Of a stretch of 64,000 nucleotides of DNA, positions 1-8,253 are shown one piece after another. The stretch spans positions 38,831 to 102,830 of the forward strand of contig CAKZSU010000003.1 in NCBI GenBank assembly GCA_937921305.1. The letters are read 5' to 3'. The stretch comes from an uncultured Patescibacteria group bacterium (GTDB lineage Bacteria > Patescibacteriota > Microgenomatia > UBA10105 > UBA927). Positions within the stretch are counted from its first letter, which is position 1, and each line of letters begins with the position of its first letter. Below the pieces are notes generated by a model that had not been told where the DNA came from, made no database searches, and worked only from the letters and a program-made list of their open reading frames with translations. Made by a program: the position numbers and the translations under genes.

Positions 1-54
1 ACGTTAAAGAGTAATGTATTTTTGAGACAGTGAAAGAGCGAAGTACTGTATTAT

Positions 55-130
55 TGGTCGGGGATGAGAGACTCGAACTCTCGACCTCACGCTCCCAAAG
101 CGCGCACTCTACCAACTGAGCTAATCCCCG
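55..130 (-). tRNA. tRNA-Pro(TGG), CCA encoded
   Basis: Reverse complement folds as a cloverleaf; anticodon arm CGCGC-TT TGG GA-GCGTG; T-loop TTCGAGT; ends ACCA. Confidence 0.95.
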
Positions 131-135
131 AAGTG

Positions 136-220
136 TGCCGAGAGTGGGACTCGAACCCACACGACTGGTGAGGTCACAGGATTTTAAGTCCTGCGCGTCT
201 ACCAATTCCGCCATCCCGGC
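136..220 (-). tRNA. tRNA-Leu(TAA)
   Basis: GCCGGGA acceptor; CAGGA-CT TAA AA-TCCTG; long variable arm; lies 5 nt upstream of tRNA-Pro. Confidence 0.95.
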
Positions 221-274
221 ACAAATCTTTTTGTATTGTATCATAAACCATAACGAGAAGATGAGATTCCATTG

Positions 275-1216
275 TTAGAAGGAAGACGATAGTTTTCTAA
301 GTTTTGCGATAAAAAATCCTTCGAATTCCTGTGACGGGAAAATTTTCTTCGTTTGAGGCATACCAATACCCGGCATCCATGGGATGCCGTCAAGATCGAT
401 CTCTTCCAGCGCTACCCTGCCCTGTTCTTTTTTAAGAATCCACGTAATGACATCTTCATTTTCCTGTTTTGATAGCGTGCATGTGGCATAGACAATGATA
501 CCGCCTGGTTTTGTCGAGCTAATACCGGAGCGAAGTAAGAATTTTTGCGTTTCTTGAAGATGTTTGACTTTTTTGATTGACCAATCGGTATAGGTTCGAG
601 GATCAGTTATTTGTATCCGTCCTACCATACTACATGGCGCATCAACAAGTGTTTTATCAAAATAATTTGGATATTTTTGCCACAATCCTTGACCGACTGA
701 TCGAAGAATTGTTGTGTTTATTACGCCAAGGCGTTTAAGGTTTGCGTCTAATCGATAGATTCGTGTGTGGCTAGCATCATTTGCGATGATTTCGCCGGTA
801 TTCTCTATCATCATGGCGAGTTGTGACGTTTTGCTTCCCGGCGCGGCGCAGAGATCAAGAATCCGTTCTCCTTTTTTTGGATTGAGGATAAGTGGTGGAA
901 GCATGCTTGAAAGACTTTGGACATAACACCAGCCGTCTTTGTAAAACCGTGTCTCAGAAAACACGCGAAGCGTCGGGGATCGCAAAATATATGCGAGTGG
1001 ATACCATGGAATCCGTTCCACGATCACGTGTTCATCGTTGGCGCGCTGTTCAAAGAGATCGGGGGATGTTTTGATTGTATTTACGCGAAGCGTCGTGTAC
1101 CGTTCTAACGAAAATCCTTCAAAGATTTTTTTCGTGTCCTGCTCGCTGTATGATTGCAGGAGGTGCTGTTTGAGCGTTGCGAGAATGTCTGTTGGATTGG
1201 TGTTTCGCCGAGGCAT
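275..1216 (-). CDS. RsmB/RsmF/NOL1-NOP2 family RNA cytosine-5 methyltransferase
   Basis: Motifs LRVN, ILDLCAAPGSKT (SAM), DAPCS and YATCT (two catalytic Cys), EGFFIAKLRK. Confidence 0.9.
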   Translation of the reverse strand: MPRRNTNPTDILATLKQHLLQSYSEQDTKKIFEGFSLERYTTLRVNTIKTSPDLFEQRANDEHVIVERIPWYPLAYILRSPTLRVFSETRFYKDGWCYVQSLSSMLPPLILNPKKGERILDLCAAPGSKTSQLAMMIENTGEIIANDASHTRIYRLDANLKRLGVINTTILRSVGQGLWQKYPNYFDKTLVDAPCSMVGRIQITDPRTYTDWSIKKVKHLQETQKFLLRSGISSTKPGGIIVYATCTLSKQENEDVITWILKKEQGRVALEEIDLDGIPWMPGIGMPQTKKIFPSQEFEGFFIAKLRKLSSSF

Positions 1217-2591
1217 AATACACGATGGGATGTTTGCTAAATGTTAATGTTTCTCCTTTTTGTGGTGTATATACTGCCACATGAGGCCATCGAGTTTCAA
1301 TAGCGTTGCGGAGAACGGATCGCTGAGGATCTTCGCCATGCGTCAAACAGATTGCCGAAGGATGTTCCACATGAGACAGCCATTGTAGAAGTTTTGGCTG
1401 ATCCGCGTGGGAGGATAAACCGGACGATTTGCGGATTGTCGCGCGAACGGGAATAGTTTTCCCTTCAATTGGTATATTTTTTTGTCCATCGAGGAGCATT
1501 CGCCCAATCGTTCCTTCGGCTTGAAACCCAACCAATAAGAGTCTCGTCGTTGGAATTGGAAGGTATGTTTTTGCGTGGCGAAGTATTCTCCCGCCGGTCA
1601 TCATGCCGGAGCCTGCGATAATCACTTTTGGCCCCGGCAGATTGTCTAATTTACAGGATTCATTGTGAGACTCCACCATCGACAAGCCGGGAAACGTGAA
1701 GGGATCATCCATATGCGCGTGCTCCGCAAGTTCGTGATTATATAGATGTTTGTATCGCTGATACACATTCGTCACATGAATCGCAAGAACGCTATCAAGA
1801 AACACGCGGGTTTCCTCTTTTACTTTGCCGTCTTTTTTTAGATGATCAATGACATGAAGAATTTCTTGACTCCGTTCCACGGAGAATGCGGGAATGAGGA
1901 GTGTGCCTTTCGTTTCTTCGATCGTTTGTATTTCCTCCGTGATCACATCGTAAGGATTTTCGTTCGCGTGAGTTCTATCGCCATAAGTTGATTCCATAAC
2001 GATAATATCCGCATTTTGAATGAATTCTGTGTGTTGCACGAGTTCTTCTGGGTAGTTTCCTAGATCTCCGCTAAAGACAATCGTTTGTATGCCATCTTTT
2101 ATATGATGGTAAGAAATATGAAGAAGCGCAGATCCGAGAATGTGTCCAGCGTCGCGCAAAGTGATTGTGTAGTCGCTGATGGATACTGGTTTATGATAGT
2201 CTAGTGTTTTTGTGTGCGCGAGCGTCCACTGCACATCTCGTTCATCATATAGCAGGCGACCGTACTCTCTTTGTCTTGCCACATGGACCGCGTCCAACAA
2301 GGTGAGTTCCATAATCGATTTTGTCGCCGGCGTCATGTAAATAGAGCCTGTGTATCCGAGTTTTCGAAGCAAAGGGATTCTTCCGCAATGATCAAGATGC
2401 GCGTGCGTCAAAAATACGCCAAGAATATCAGATGGATGCAACGGGATCGTTTCGTCGTTATATGATTCTATATCTTTATTCCCTTGAAACATGCCCAGAT
2501 CGATAAGAATACCCTTTCCTGTTTCATCCGTTAGCATGTAAGACGAGCCTGTTACTGTGCCTGCCGCTCCCAAAAACTGAATTTTTCGCAT
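1119..2591 (-). CDS. MBL-fold beta-CASP ribonuclease
   Basis: GAAGTVTGS, THAHLDHCG, AGHILGSA, FSGDLG, MESTYG, SSHAD, HGE motifs. Confidence 0.9.
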   Translation of the reverse strand: MRKIQFLGAAGTVTGSSYMLTDETGKGILIDLGMFQGNKDIESYNDETIPLHPSDILGVFLTHAHLDHCGRIPLLRKLGYTGSIYMTPATKSIMELTLLDAVHVARQREYGRLLYDERDVQWTLAHTKTLDYHKPVSISDYTITLRDAGHILGSALLHISYHHIKDGIQTIVFSGDLGNYPEELVQHTEFIQNADIIVMESTYGDRTHANENPYDVITEEIQTIEETKGTLLIPAFSVERSQEILHVIDHLKKDGKVKEETRVFLDSVLAIHVTNVYQRYKHLYNHELAEHAHMDDPFTFPGLSMVESHNESCKLDNLPGPKVIIAGSGMMTGGRILRHAKTYLPIPTTRLLLVGFQAEGTIGRMLLDGQKNIPIEGKTIPVRATIRKSSGLSSHADQPKLLQWLSHVEHPSAICLTHGEDPQRSVLRNAIETRWPHVAVYTPQKGETLTFSKHPIVYYASAKHQSNRHSRNAQTAPPAIIQRAGHEKNL

Positions 2592-2659
2592 ACATCTTTT
2601 ATATCATGGTTTCTTGGGGTAAAATAGAGGACAAGAGATGAAGAGATTAAGAGAGGAAA

Positions 2660-2743
2660 GCCGAAGTGGCGGAATTGGTAGACGCGCACGCTTCAGGAGC
2701 GTGTCCAGTTATTTGGGTGGAGGTTCGAGTCCTCTCTTCGGCA
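2660..2743 (+). tRNA. tRNA-Leu(CAG)
   Basis: CACGC-TT CAG GA-GCGTG; long variable arm; GGTTCGAGTCC. Confidence 0.95.
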
Positions 2744-2854
2744 CAAAATGTATCAAAGGAAGCATAATTTGCTTGGATTGTTTGGATGAATAACCAAAAG
2801 TTGAAGAAGATATATATGGTTTTAAAGGGAATCGTCTATAGAATGCATCAGTAT

Positions 2855-2936
2855 GCGGATGTGGTGAAATTGGTATACACGCAGTCTTGAGGAGGCTGTG
2901 CCGTAAGGCGTGGAGGTTCGAGTCCTCTCATCCGCA
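2855..2936 (+). tRNA. tRNA-Leu(GAG)
   Basis: CAGTC-TT GAG GA-GGCTG; variable arm GCC-GTAA-GGC. Confidence 0.95.
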
Positions 2937-2978
2937 CAAAAAGTCGCACAAAAGCTATTAAACAAAAATATGAACGTG

Positions 2979-3051
2979 GGACGATTAGCTCAGCTGGTAG
3001 AGCGTTTCATTTACACTGAAAAGGTCGGGGGTTCGAGTCCCTCATCGTCCA
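2979..3051 (+). tRNA. tRNA-Val(TAC)
   Basis: GGACGAT/ATCGTCC acceptor; TTTCA-TT TAC AC-TGAAA. Confidence 0.95.
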
Positions 3052-3099
3052 CAAAAAGAAAACACTCGTAAAACGCTGTATATTTGAAAAATATTTATT

Positions 3100-3172
3100 G
3101 CCAAGATAGCCAAGGTGGTCACGGCGCGTGTCTGAAAAACACGTTATACAGGTTCGACTCCTGTTCTTGGCA
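3100..3172 (+). tRNA. tRNA-Phe(GAA)
   Basis: GCCAAGA/TCTTGGC acceptor; CGTGT-CT GAA AA-ACACG. Confidence 0.95.
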
Positions 3173-3237
3173 CAAAACTTCTTATAATTTGACCTTTAAG
3201 TAAGATCGCGATATAGTTCTTTTATAAAAAAATTCAT

Positions 3238-3309
3238 GCGGCGGTAGTTCACCGGTAGAATGTCTCCTTGCCAAGGAGAAGGTAGAGGGTTCGATTCCCT
3301 TCCGCCGCT
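3238..3309 (+). tRNA. tRNA-Gly(GCC)
   Basis: GCGGCGG/CCGCCGC acceptor; TCTCC-TT GCC AA-GGAGA. Confidence 0.95.
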
Positions 3310-3322
3310 CAATAAACAATGG

Positions 3323-3359
3323 AAGACGCTTTTTCTTGAGGAATAATGGCGTCTTTTTT
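3323..3359 (+). terminator. Putative intrinsic terminator after tRNA-Gly
   Basis: AAGACGC...GCGTCTT inverted repeat followed by a T run. Confidence 0.5.
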
Positions 3360-3383
3360 AGTATAATTATCAAAAAATACTAT

Positions 3384-3459
3384 TGCCGGGTGGTGTAACG
3401 GTAACACGCCTGACTTTGGATCAGCGCGATTCTAGGTTCGAATCCTAGCCCGGCAGCCA
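3384..3459 (+). tRNA. tRNA-Gln(TTG), CCA encoded; integration target
   Basis: TGCCGGG/CCCGGCA acceptor (U1-A72); CTGA-CT TTG GA-TCAG; own TATAAT at 3362-3367. Confidence 0.92.
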
Positions 3460-4249
3460 GTATGTAGAAGAAAGCCGCAAAGAGGTAGAGCTTGCCGCGC
3501 CCGCCTCCGCGGCAAGCGCGTCAAATCCTCCTTTTTTGAAACTTGCGGACAGCCGCCGATCCATTAAAAAGAAGTTCGAGCCGACAGTTTTTGCCATGAT
3601 TGATAAATCATGGCAACTATTTTTTGCATGCGCGATTTTGTGCGCTGAAAGCGCACTATTTACGAATTCACAAAAAGGTTCGAGCCACTCAACGCCGTTT
3701 TGGGAAATTTCCTTGATTTTGGAGCTAAGAAGTGATTTTGTTTCTACTAATTCGTTTTTCTTCTTTAGGTAGTCTTCGGGTGATATAACCCTGTCTAAAT
3801 ATCCCTCAAGTAGTCGGGTCAAGCTTTTCTTCGGATTCTTTGATTTTGAGTTGATAATCAGAAACAATGCTGGATGATTTTTGCTTTTCTAGATTCGCGT
3901 CTTTATCCGCCCACTCAAGAAACTTTTTGGCGGCATGCGGCGGTAAAGATGCTCGCAATACAATTTCTTTTAGTTGTTTCTCAATTTCAGTTTTATCAAT
4001 ATATTTTTGCGAGCAAGCTCCTTTCTTTTTAGAACAACGGTAGTATACATATTCAACTTTTCTATTTGTTCTCCTGTAGTACTTGGTGTGCTTTTCGGCG
4101 GTAATTGCGCCGCCGCATTCGCCGCACTTTACTAATCCTAAAAAATCAAATAAGTGCTTGTTGTTTTTGACCTTGCGACTTTTAAGTTTTACCACTTCTT
4201 GGCACTTAACAAAAAGTTTCTTGGAAATTAAAGGTGGGTGTTTTCCTTG
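3445..4249 (-). pseudogene. Large serine recombinase, C-terminal remnant (recombinase tail, zinc ribbon, coiled coil)
   Basis: QGKHPPLISKKLF, GLVKCGECGGAIT...YYRCSKKKGACSQKYI; +1 frameshift near 3816-3818 (GACCCGA); catalytic N-terminus missing. Confidence 0.85.
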
Positions 4250-4250
4250 G

Positions 4251-4729
4251 CAACAAAGAGCACAGGAAAGACAGGAAGCACGCCAAGAGAGAGTTGAAAA
4301 TCGGGTCAAAGACGCTGTGATATCGTTAACAATCGTATTGACGCGCGCATAAGTCATTACGAAGCACATTACAACGATGTTGAGGCACGCATGGCCAGAG
4401 TAACGGAGCGAACAAACGAATTTATCAATCGTTTGGAAACCAAAGGATACGATGTTTCAAAAGTCAGAAGCGACCTTTCAACTCTGGAAGGAATGAGAAC
4501 AACCCGAAGAAGTTTATACACCGCATTTATTAATGTGCTTAAAGAAGCCAAACAATATGATTGCGGAGATTCGGAGGGAGCATTCAAAACAGCTATGGAT
4601 GAATCCAGAGCTGCTCTTGCCAAATGGAGAGATCAGATCAAGGCTAACAGAGAGTATATAAATACTACTCTACGCCCTGACCTGCAAGGTCTAAGAGGAC
4701 AAAATCCAAGTCCTGCTACAGCTGAGTAA
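4251..4729 (+). pseudogene. 5'-truncated, frameshifted helical coiled-coil cargo protein
   Basis: QQRAQERQEARQERVENRV then a frame change near 4308 into RCDIVNNRIDARISHYEAH, continuous with ORF 4391..4729. Confidence 0.6.
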
Positions 4730-4745
4730 TCCTCTGCCATAGTGT

Positions 4746-4773
4746 GAAAGAAACGTCTGCAGGCGTTTCTTTC
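4746..4773 (+). terminator. Hairpin, probable terminator
   Basis: GAAAGAAACGTC-TGCA-GGCGTTTCTTTC inverted repeat just after a stop codon. Confidence 0.6.
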
Positions 4774-4809
4774 TCGGTATTTAGTAATTATGAATGGAGG
4801 TGATAATTA

Positions 4810-5103
4810 ATGAATAAATATTTACCATACGTAATTATCGGAGTTTTAGTTATTGTGGCGTTTGTGTTTGTGTCCGGCAGGCTAAACACAAAATCAAGTT
4901 TGATTGGCACGACACAAAATGAGGGGGTTATAACAGATACGGGCCCATCACCAATTCCTGTTTCTGAAGTTGTTTTAAATGACAAATCAGAAGTTAATGA
5001 TGCAATTGATGCCGAATTAAATCAGATTGATAAAGAGCTGAAAGGTGTAAATGATACCAACCTCGATGCGAGCGGTCTGTCTGATAAGCAGCTGGGTATG
5101 TAA
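4810..5103 (+). CDS. Small membrane-anchored hypothetical protein (island cargo)
   Basis: Strong SD GGAGGTGA at 4796-4803; N-terminal TM helix; acidic C-terminal helix. Confidence 0.75.
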   Translation: MNKYLPYVIIGVLVIVAFVFVSGRLNTKSSLIGTTQNEGVITDTGPSPIPVSEVVLNDKSEVNDAIDAELNQIDKELKGVNDTNLDASGLSDKQLGM

Positions 5104-5265
5104 TATGAGTTTTCCTAAATTTTCGCCCTATGGGCGAGAAAATCGCGCGCGCAAAAAATAGCGGAGGCGCGGCGGGTTGGGGCGCCGCGCCGGAGCAAGC
5201 GAGCCGCGAAGCGGCGAGCTAACACATTGAAGTTCGACATTTTTTGTAAACGGCCAGCTATTGCT

Positions 5266-6618
5266 TCATTGTGTCAACATGCTTGTACGAATGATGGTGT
5301 ATGTTTTTGGATGGTAAAGAAAAATAGCAGGAATGTCTTCTGCGATAACCTTTTGAAAATCAGCGTATAGTTTCTTTCTTTTTTCTTGATCTGTTTCTAT
5401 TCGTCCGTCTTCCAAGAGTTTGTCAACTTTCAGGTTTGTATATCCCGTGATATTGTTTGGCGATTTGGAATGCCAGAACGGATATTGATCAGGATCTGGC
5501 GGCAAGTCTTGCGCGGTTAACAATACATCAAAATCATCTGTGAGCGAGTTCACCACTTGTACATTCGTCGGTATGCCAATCGCTGTCCATGATTGCGCAA
5601 TCGTATTTGCTTGATGAATGTATTGAGGAAATGTGGCGATAGTAATCGATGCTCTATTTTCAGGAAGCGGGATTGACTTTGCAAGTTTTTTCGCTTGTTC
5701 TTCGTTATACTCGTAATGCTTCGTTTTATCATTGTACGCCCATGATGTTTTTTGAATCGGCGAATGGGCGCGTTCTTCGTCTGAGAATATCGGTGTTCCA
5801 TACGCAAGCGCCTGACGAAGCGTTCTATTTTGAAATACCGACGATCTCATATTAAAAAAAAGCCCAACGATTCTATCGTATTTTACTTTTGCTCGAACCG
5901 TTGTTTGTTTCCAGTTCTCGAATGATTCTGGCGATGAAATATCCTCTACTCGATCGATCGATCCTCGTTTGTACGCAAGCGTCGCAAGTGACTCTGTTCT
6001 ATAAAAAAAATATTCTTTGATCGGTAGATTCGTATTTTGAGCTGGAGAAAGTCGGAGTGTATCTATTCGTCCTTCTTTTAATTTCATGCGATCAACTTTA
6101 TATGGTCCAACGCCAGTTAATCCAGCTTGAAGCAACGGTTTGGAAACCAACGCAGGAAATGGACTATACGGTTCGGGTAGCGTCGCTTTGATTGTTTGTT
6201 CATCGATGCTATCCCAGAGCACACCGGTAATATTATAATTAATATCGTTTGCTTGAACGCGATTGCCAGTATGCCATGTCATCGTTGCAAGAGTGAACAC
6301 GAAAGATTTCCCTCCTTCTTCCTGTGTCCATGACGTGGCGATGCCGGGTTCTGGGGTTCCATTTGAAGCAAGCGTCGTTAATCCCATGCTAATATCTCGT
6401 TGGATCGCCAAGGGAAGATCTGACGGTGTAAATTCGCCGATAATTCCTATTCGTTCAACCTTTTTTGTCAATGGAAGCATAACAACTGGAAGAAATCTTC
6501 CCGCAATGATGGTAACAAGCAATCCAACAATGAAGCCAAACACAAGAGACCGACTATACCGCTTGGTAAGGTCTTCCACAAACCATACAAAAACTCGTAT
6601 TCGCTTTGAGAGCTTCAT
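5266..6618 (-). CDS. Family 5 (peptide/nickel) ABC substrate-binding protein with N-terminal TM anchor
   Basis: GVGPYKV, LRQALAY, DPDQYPFWHS, NITGYTNLKVDKLLEDGR, DIPAIFLYHP. Confidence 0.85.
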   Translation of the reverse strand: MKLSKRIRVFVWFVEDLTKRYSRSLVFGFIVGLLVTIIAGRFLPVVMLPLTKKVERIGIIGEFTPSDLPLAIQRDISMGLTTLASNGTPEPGIATSWTQEEGGKSFVFTLATMTWHTGNRVQANDINYNITGVLWDSIDEQTIKATLPEPYSPFPALVSKPLLQAGLTGVGPYKVDRMKLKEGRIDTLRLSPAQNTNLPIKEYFFYRTESLATLAYKRGSIDRVEDISSPESFENWKQTTVRAKVKYDRIVGLFFNMRSSVFQNRTLRQALAYGTPIFSDEERAHSPIQKTSWAYNDKTKHYEYNEEQAKKLAKSIPLPENRASITIATFPQYIHQANTIAQSWTAIGIPTNVQVVNSLTDDFDVLLTAQDLPPDPDQYPFWHSKSPNNITGYTNLKVDKLLEDGRIETDQEKRKKLYADFQKVIAEDIPAIFLYHPKTYTIIRTSMLTQ

Positions 6619-6830
6619 CTCACTAGTATATTTGCAATAGAAGTAAGAAAAAAGAAGATAGCGACAATAAAAGTGCTGACAAACACAAACCGTTCCGCTC
6701 CGCGCTTACTACGATATATGATGTCTCCCCCGAACGATCTTCCTAATCCGCCTTTGCCGCTTTGAATTAAAATTAATCCGATGAGTAAGGAAGAAATAAT
6801 AAGATGAATACCAAGCAACAAAGATTTCAT
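6615..6830 (-). CDS. secG: Preprotein translocase subunit SecG
   Basis: Two TM helices; LILIQSGKGGLG and RGAE motifs; 71 aa. Confidence 0.9.
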   Translation of the reverse strand: MKSLLLGIHLIISSLLIGLILIQSGKGGLGRSFGGDIIYRSKRGAERFVFVSTFIVAIFFFLTSIANILVR

Positions 6831-7852
6831 AAGCTCATTCGCAACGTATCCATAATCTTCTCCGCGAGCTTTTCGCTGTCGTGGCGAATAAGACTTCGCA
6901 CCAGAACATCCGCGGACGATTTTGTCACAATATCATTTGACGCGATGTCTCCTGTTATTATCGTATAAGACGCGGAATTTGGCAAATCGTTGACAACGGG
7001 AAATTCGTGAGATTTTTCATATTCTCTCAGCGCTTCCTGGGGAAGCTGTCCTGTGTTAATGATGACGGTATCAATAGAATTTCCGATATGAGCATTTACC
7101 GTGTTGACATGATCTGTTGCAGTGAGTCCATAGGTTTGTCCGTATTTTGTCATCAGGTTCACGACAAACACTTTTTTCGCTTTCGATTTCTGAATTGCCT
7201 CTGGGATGCCTTTTACCAAAAGATTTGGAATGAGGCTTGTGTAGAGATCGCCTGGACCTAGCACAATGATGTCCGCTTCGACAATGGCTTTCATCGCGTC
7301 AGGGTTTGCTTCTGCTTCCGGAGACAGCCAAATTTTTGTTATTTTGAGTGTTCCGTCATGCTGTGGTTCGTCGATAAAGTGCTCTTCTGTTACGACGCTT
7401 CCGTCTTCATACTCCGCGAACAAATGCGTCGATGTATAAGAAACAGGAAGAATGGTCCCTTTGATTTTTAAGACTTTTCTTGTTTGTTTGATCGCCTCTT
7501 TTTGACTTCCAACAATATCTGTCAGCGCCGCCATAAAAAGATTACCAAAGGTCATACCTTTTATTCCTTGACCTTTGTCAAAGCGATACATGAAGAGTTT
7601 TCGCATAAGGCCCACTCCGCCATTTTCATCGGAAAGCGCGACAAAACACTGTCGAATATCAGAGGTTGGCAAAAGACCGAATTCATCGCGAATCCGTTTA
7701 TTCGATCCGCCGGAATCACTCATCGTGACAATCGCGGTAAGACTGACAGGATGATTTTTTAACCCTTTAAGCGTCACAAATGTTCCTGTCCCTCCGCCAA
7801 TACATACGACTTTTGGCAGTTTTGGTTTTTTTTGCGTGTTTATAGTTTTCAT
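6827..7852 (-). CDS. yvcK: YvcK/GlmR (CofD-like) UDP-GlcNAc-binding protein
   Basis: GGGTG, DSGGS, GPGDLYTSLIPNL, RHDSEKLA. Confidence 0.9.
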   Translation of the reverse strand: MKTINTQKKPKLPKVVCIGGGTGTFVTLKGLKNHPVSLTAIVTMSDSGGSNKRIRDEFGLLPTSDIRQCFVALSDENGGVGLMRKLFMYRFDKGQGIKGMTFGNLFMAALTDIVGSQKEAIKQTRKVLKIKGTILPVSYTSTHLFAEYEDGSVVTEEHFIDEPQHDGTLKITKIWLSPEAEANPDAMKAIVEADIIVLGPGDLYTSLIPNLLVKGIPEAIQKSKAKKVFVVNLMTKYGQTYGLTATDHVNTVNAHIGNSIDTVIINTGQLPQEALREYEKSHEFPVVNDLPNSASYTIITGDIASNDIVTKSSADVLVRSLIRHDSEKLAEKIMDTLRMSL

Positions 7853-8253
7853 GATTCTGAGACGCTATGAAGTAAGTGCGATATAAGCGTAATTGCTCCC
7901 GTTACTGCCAATAGCGATCCAAAATAATTAAATTTGATAGATGGTATCACAAATCCCTGCCAAGAGAAACCGGGAAAAGTGAATGGCACAATTTGAATTT
8001 CTGGGAAAAGCAAGGTAAGCAAATATATTACAACAACATTAATAAACAATCCCGCGATCCCGAAGGTGAGGAAATTAAAAGGAATAAACAGGATTTTTAA
8101 CATTGGTTTAACGATGAGCATCAAGATACTGAGGATGCCTCCTCCAAGAAGCGTTGTAAGAATATCTCCTTGAATTCTTATTCCGGGAACAATTTCTGTC
8201 GTGATCCATAATGCGAATGTGTTAAATAAAAAAACGCGAAGTATATATTTCAT
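7849..8253 (-). CDS. Phage-holin-like 4TM membrane protein (YvlD family)
   Basis: VKPMLKILFIPFNFLTFG pattern; four hydrophobic segments. Confidence 0.8.
   Translation of the reverse strand: MKYILRVFLFNTFALWITTEIVPGIRIQGDILTTLLGGGILSILMLIVKPMLKILFIPFNFLTFGIAGLFINVVVIYLLTLLFPEIQIVPFTFPGFSWQGFVIPSIKFNYFGSLLAVTGAITLISHLLHSVSES

Larger units (their letters stand above)
3456..5257. mobile_element. Degenerate integrative island at the tRNA-Gln 3' end (large serine recombinase type)
   Basis: Recombinase remnant abutting the tRNA; GTTCGA-N14/15-GCCAG at both ends; GC-rich hairpins at both ends; broken cargo. Confidence 0.7.

Noticed and set aside
3182-3373. 63-aa minus-strand ORF
   Set aside because: Antisense shadow of tRNA-Gly (GIEPSTFSLARRHST is typical tRNA antisense translation).
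3406-3432. C:C mismatch or extra base at the top of the tRNA-Gln anticodon stem, suggesting a pseudo-tRNA
   Set aside because: The rest of the cloverleaf, U1-A72, CCA and the promoter are intact; one irregularity is not enough.
4250-4369. N-terminal part of the 187-aa ORF 3806..4369 as a real recombinase start
   Set aside because: It is the antisense of the cargo fragment beyond the deletion junction and has no catalytic serine domain.
7849-8253. Holin-like gene as evidence of a prophage
   Set aside because: YvlD-type housekeeping context; no phage structural or lysis genes nearby.
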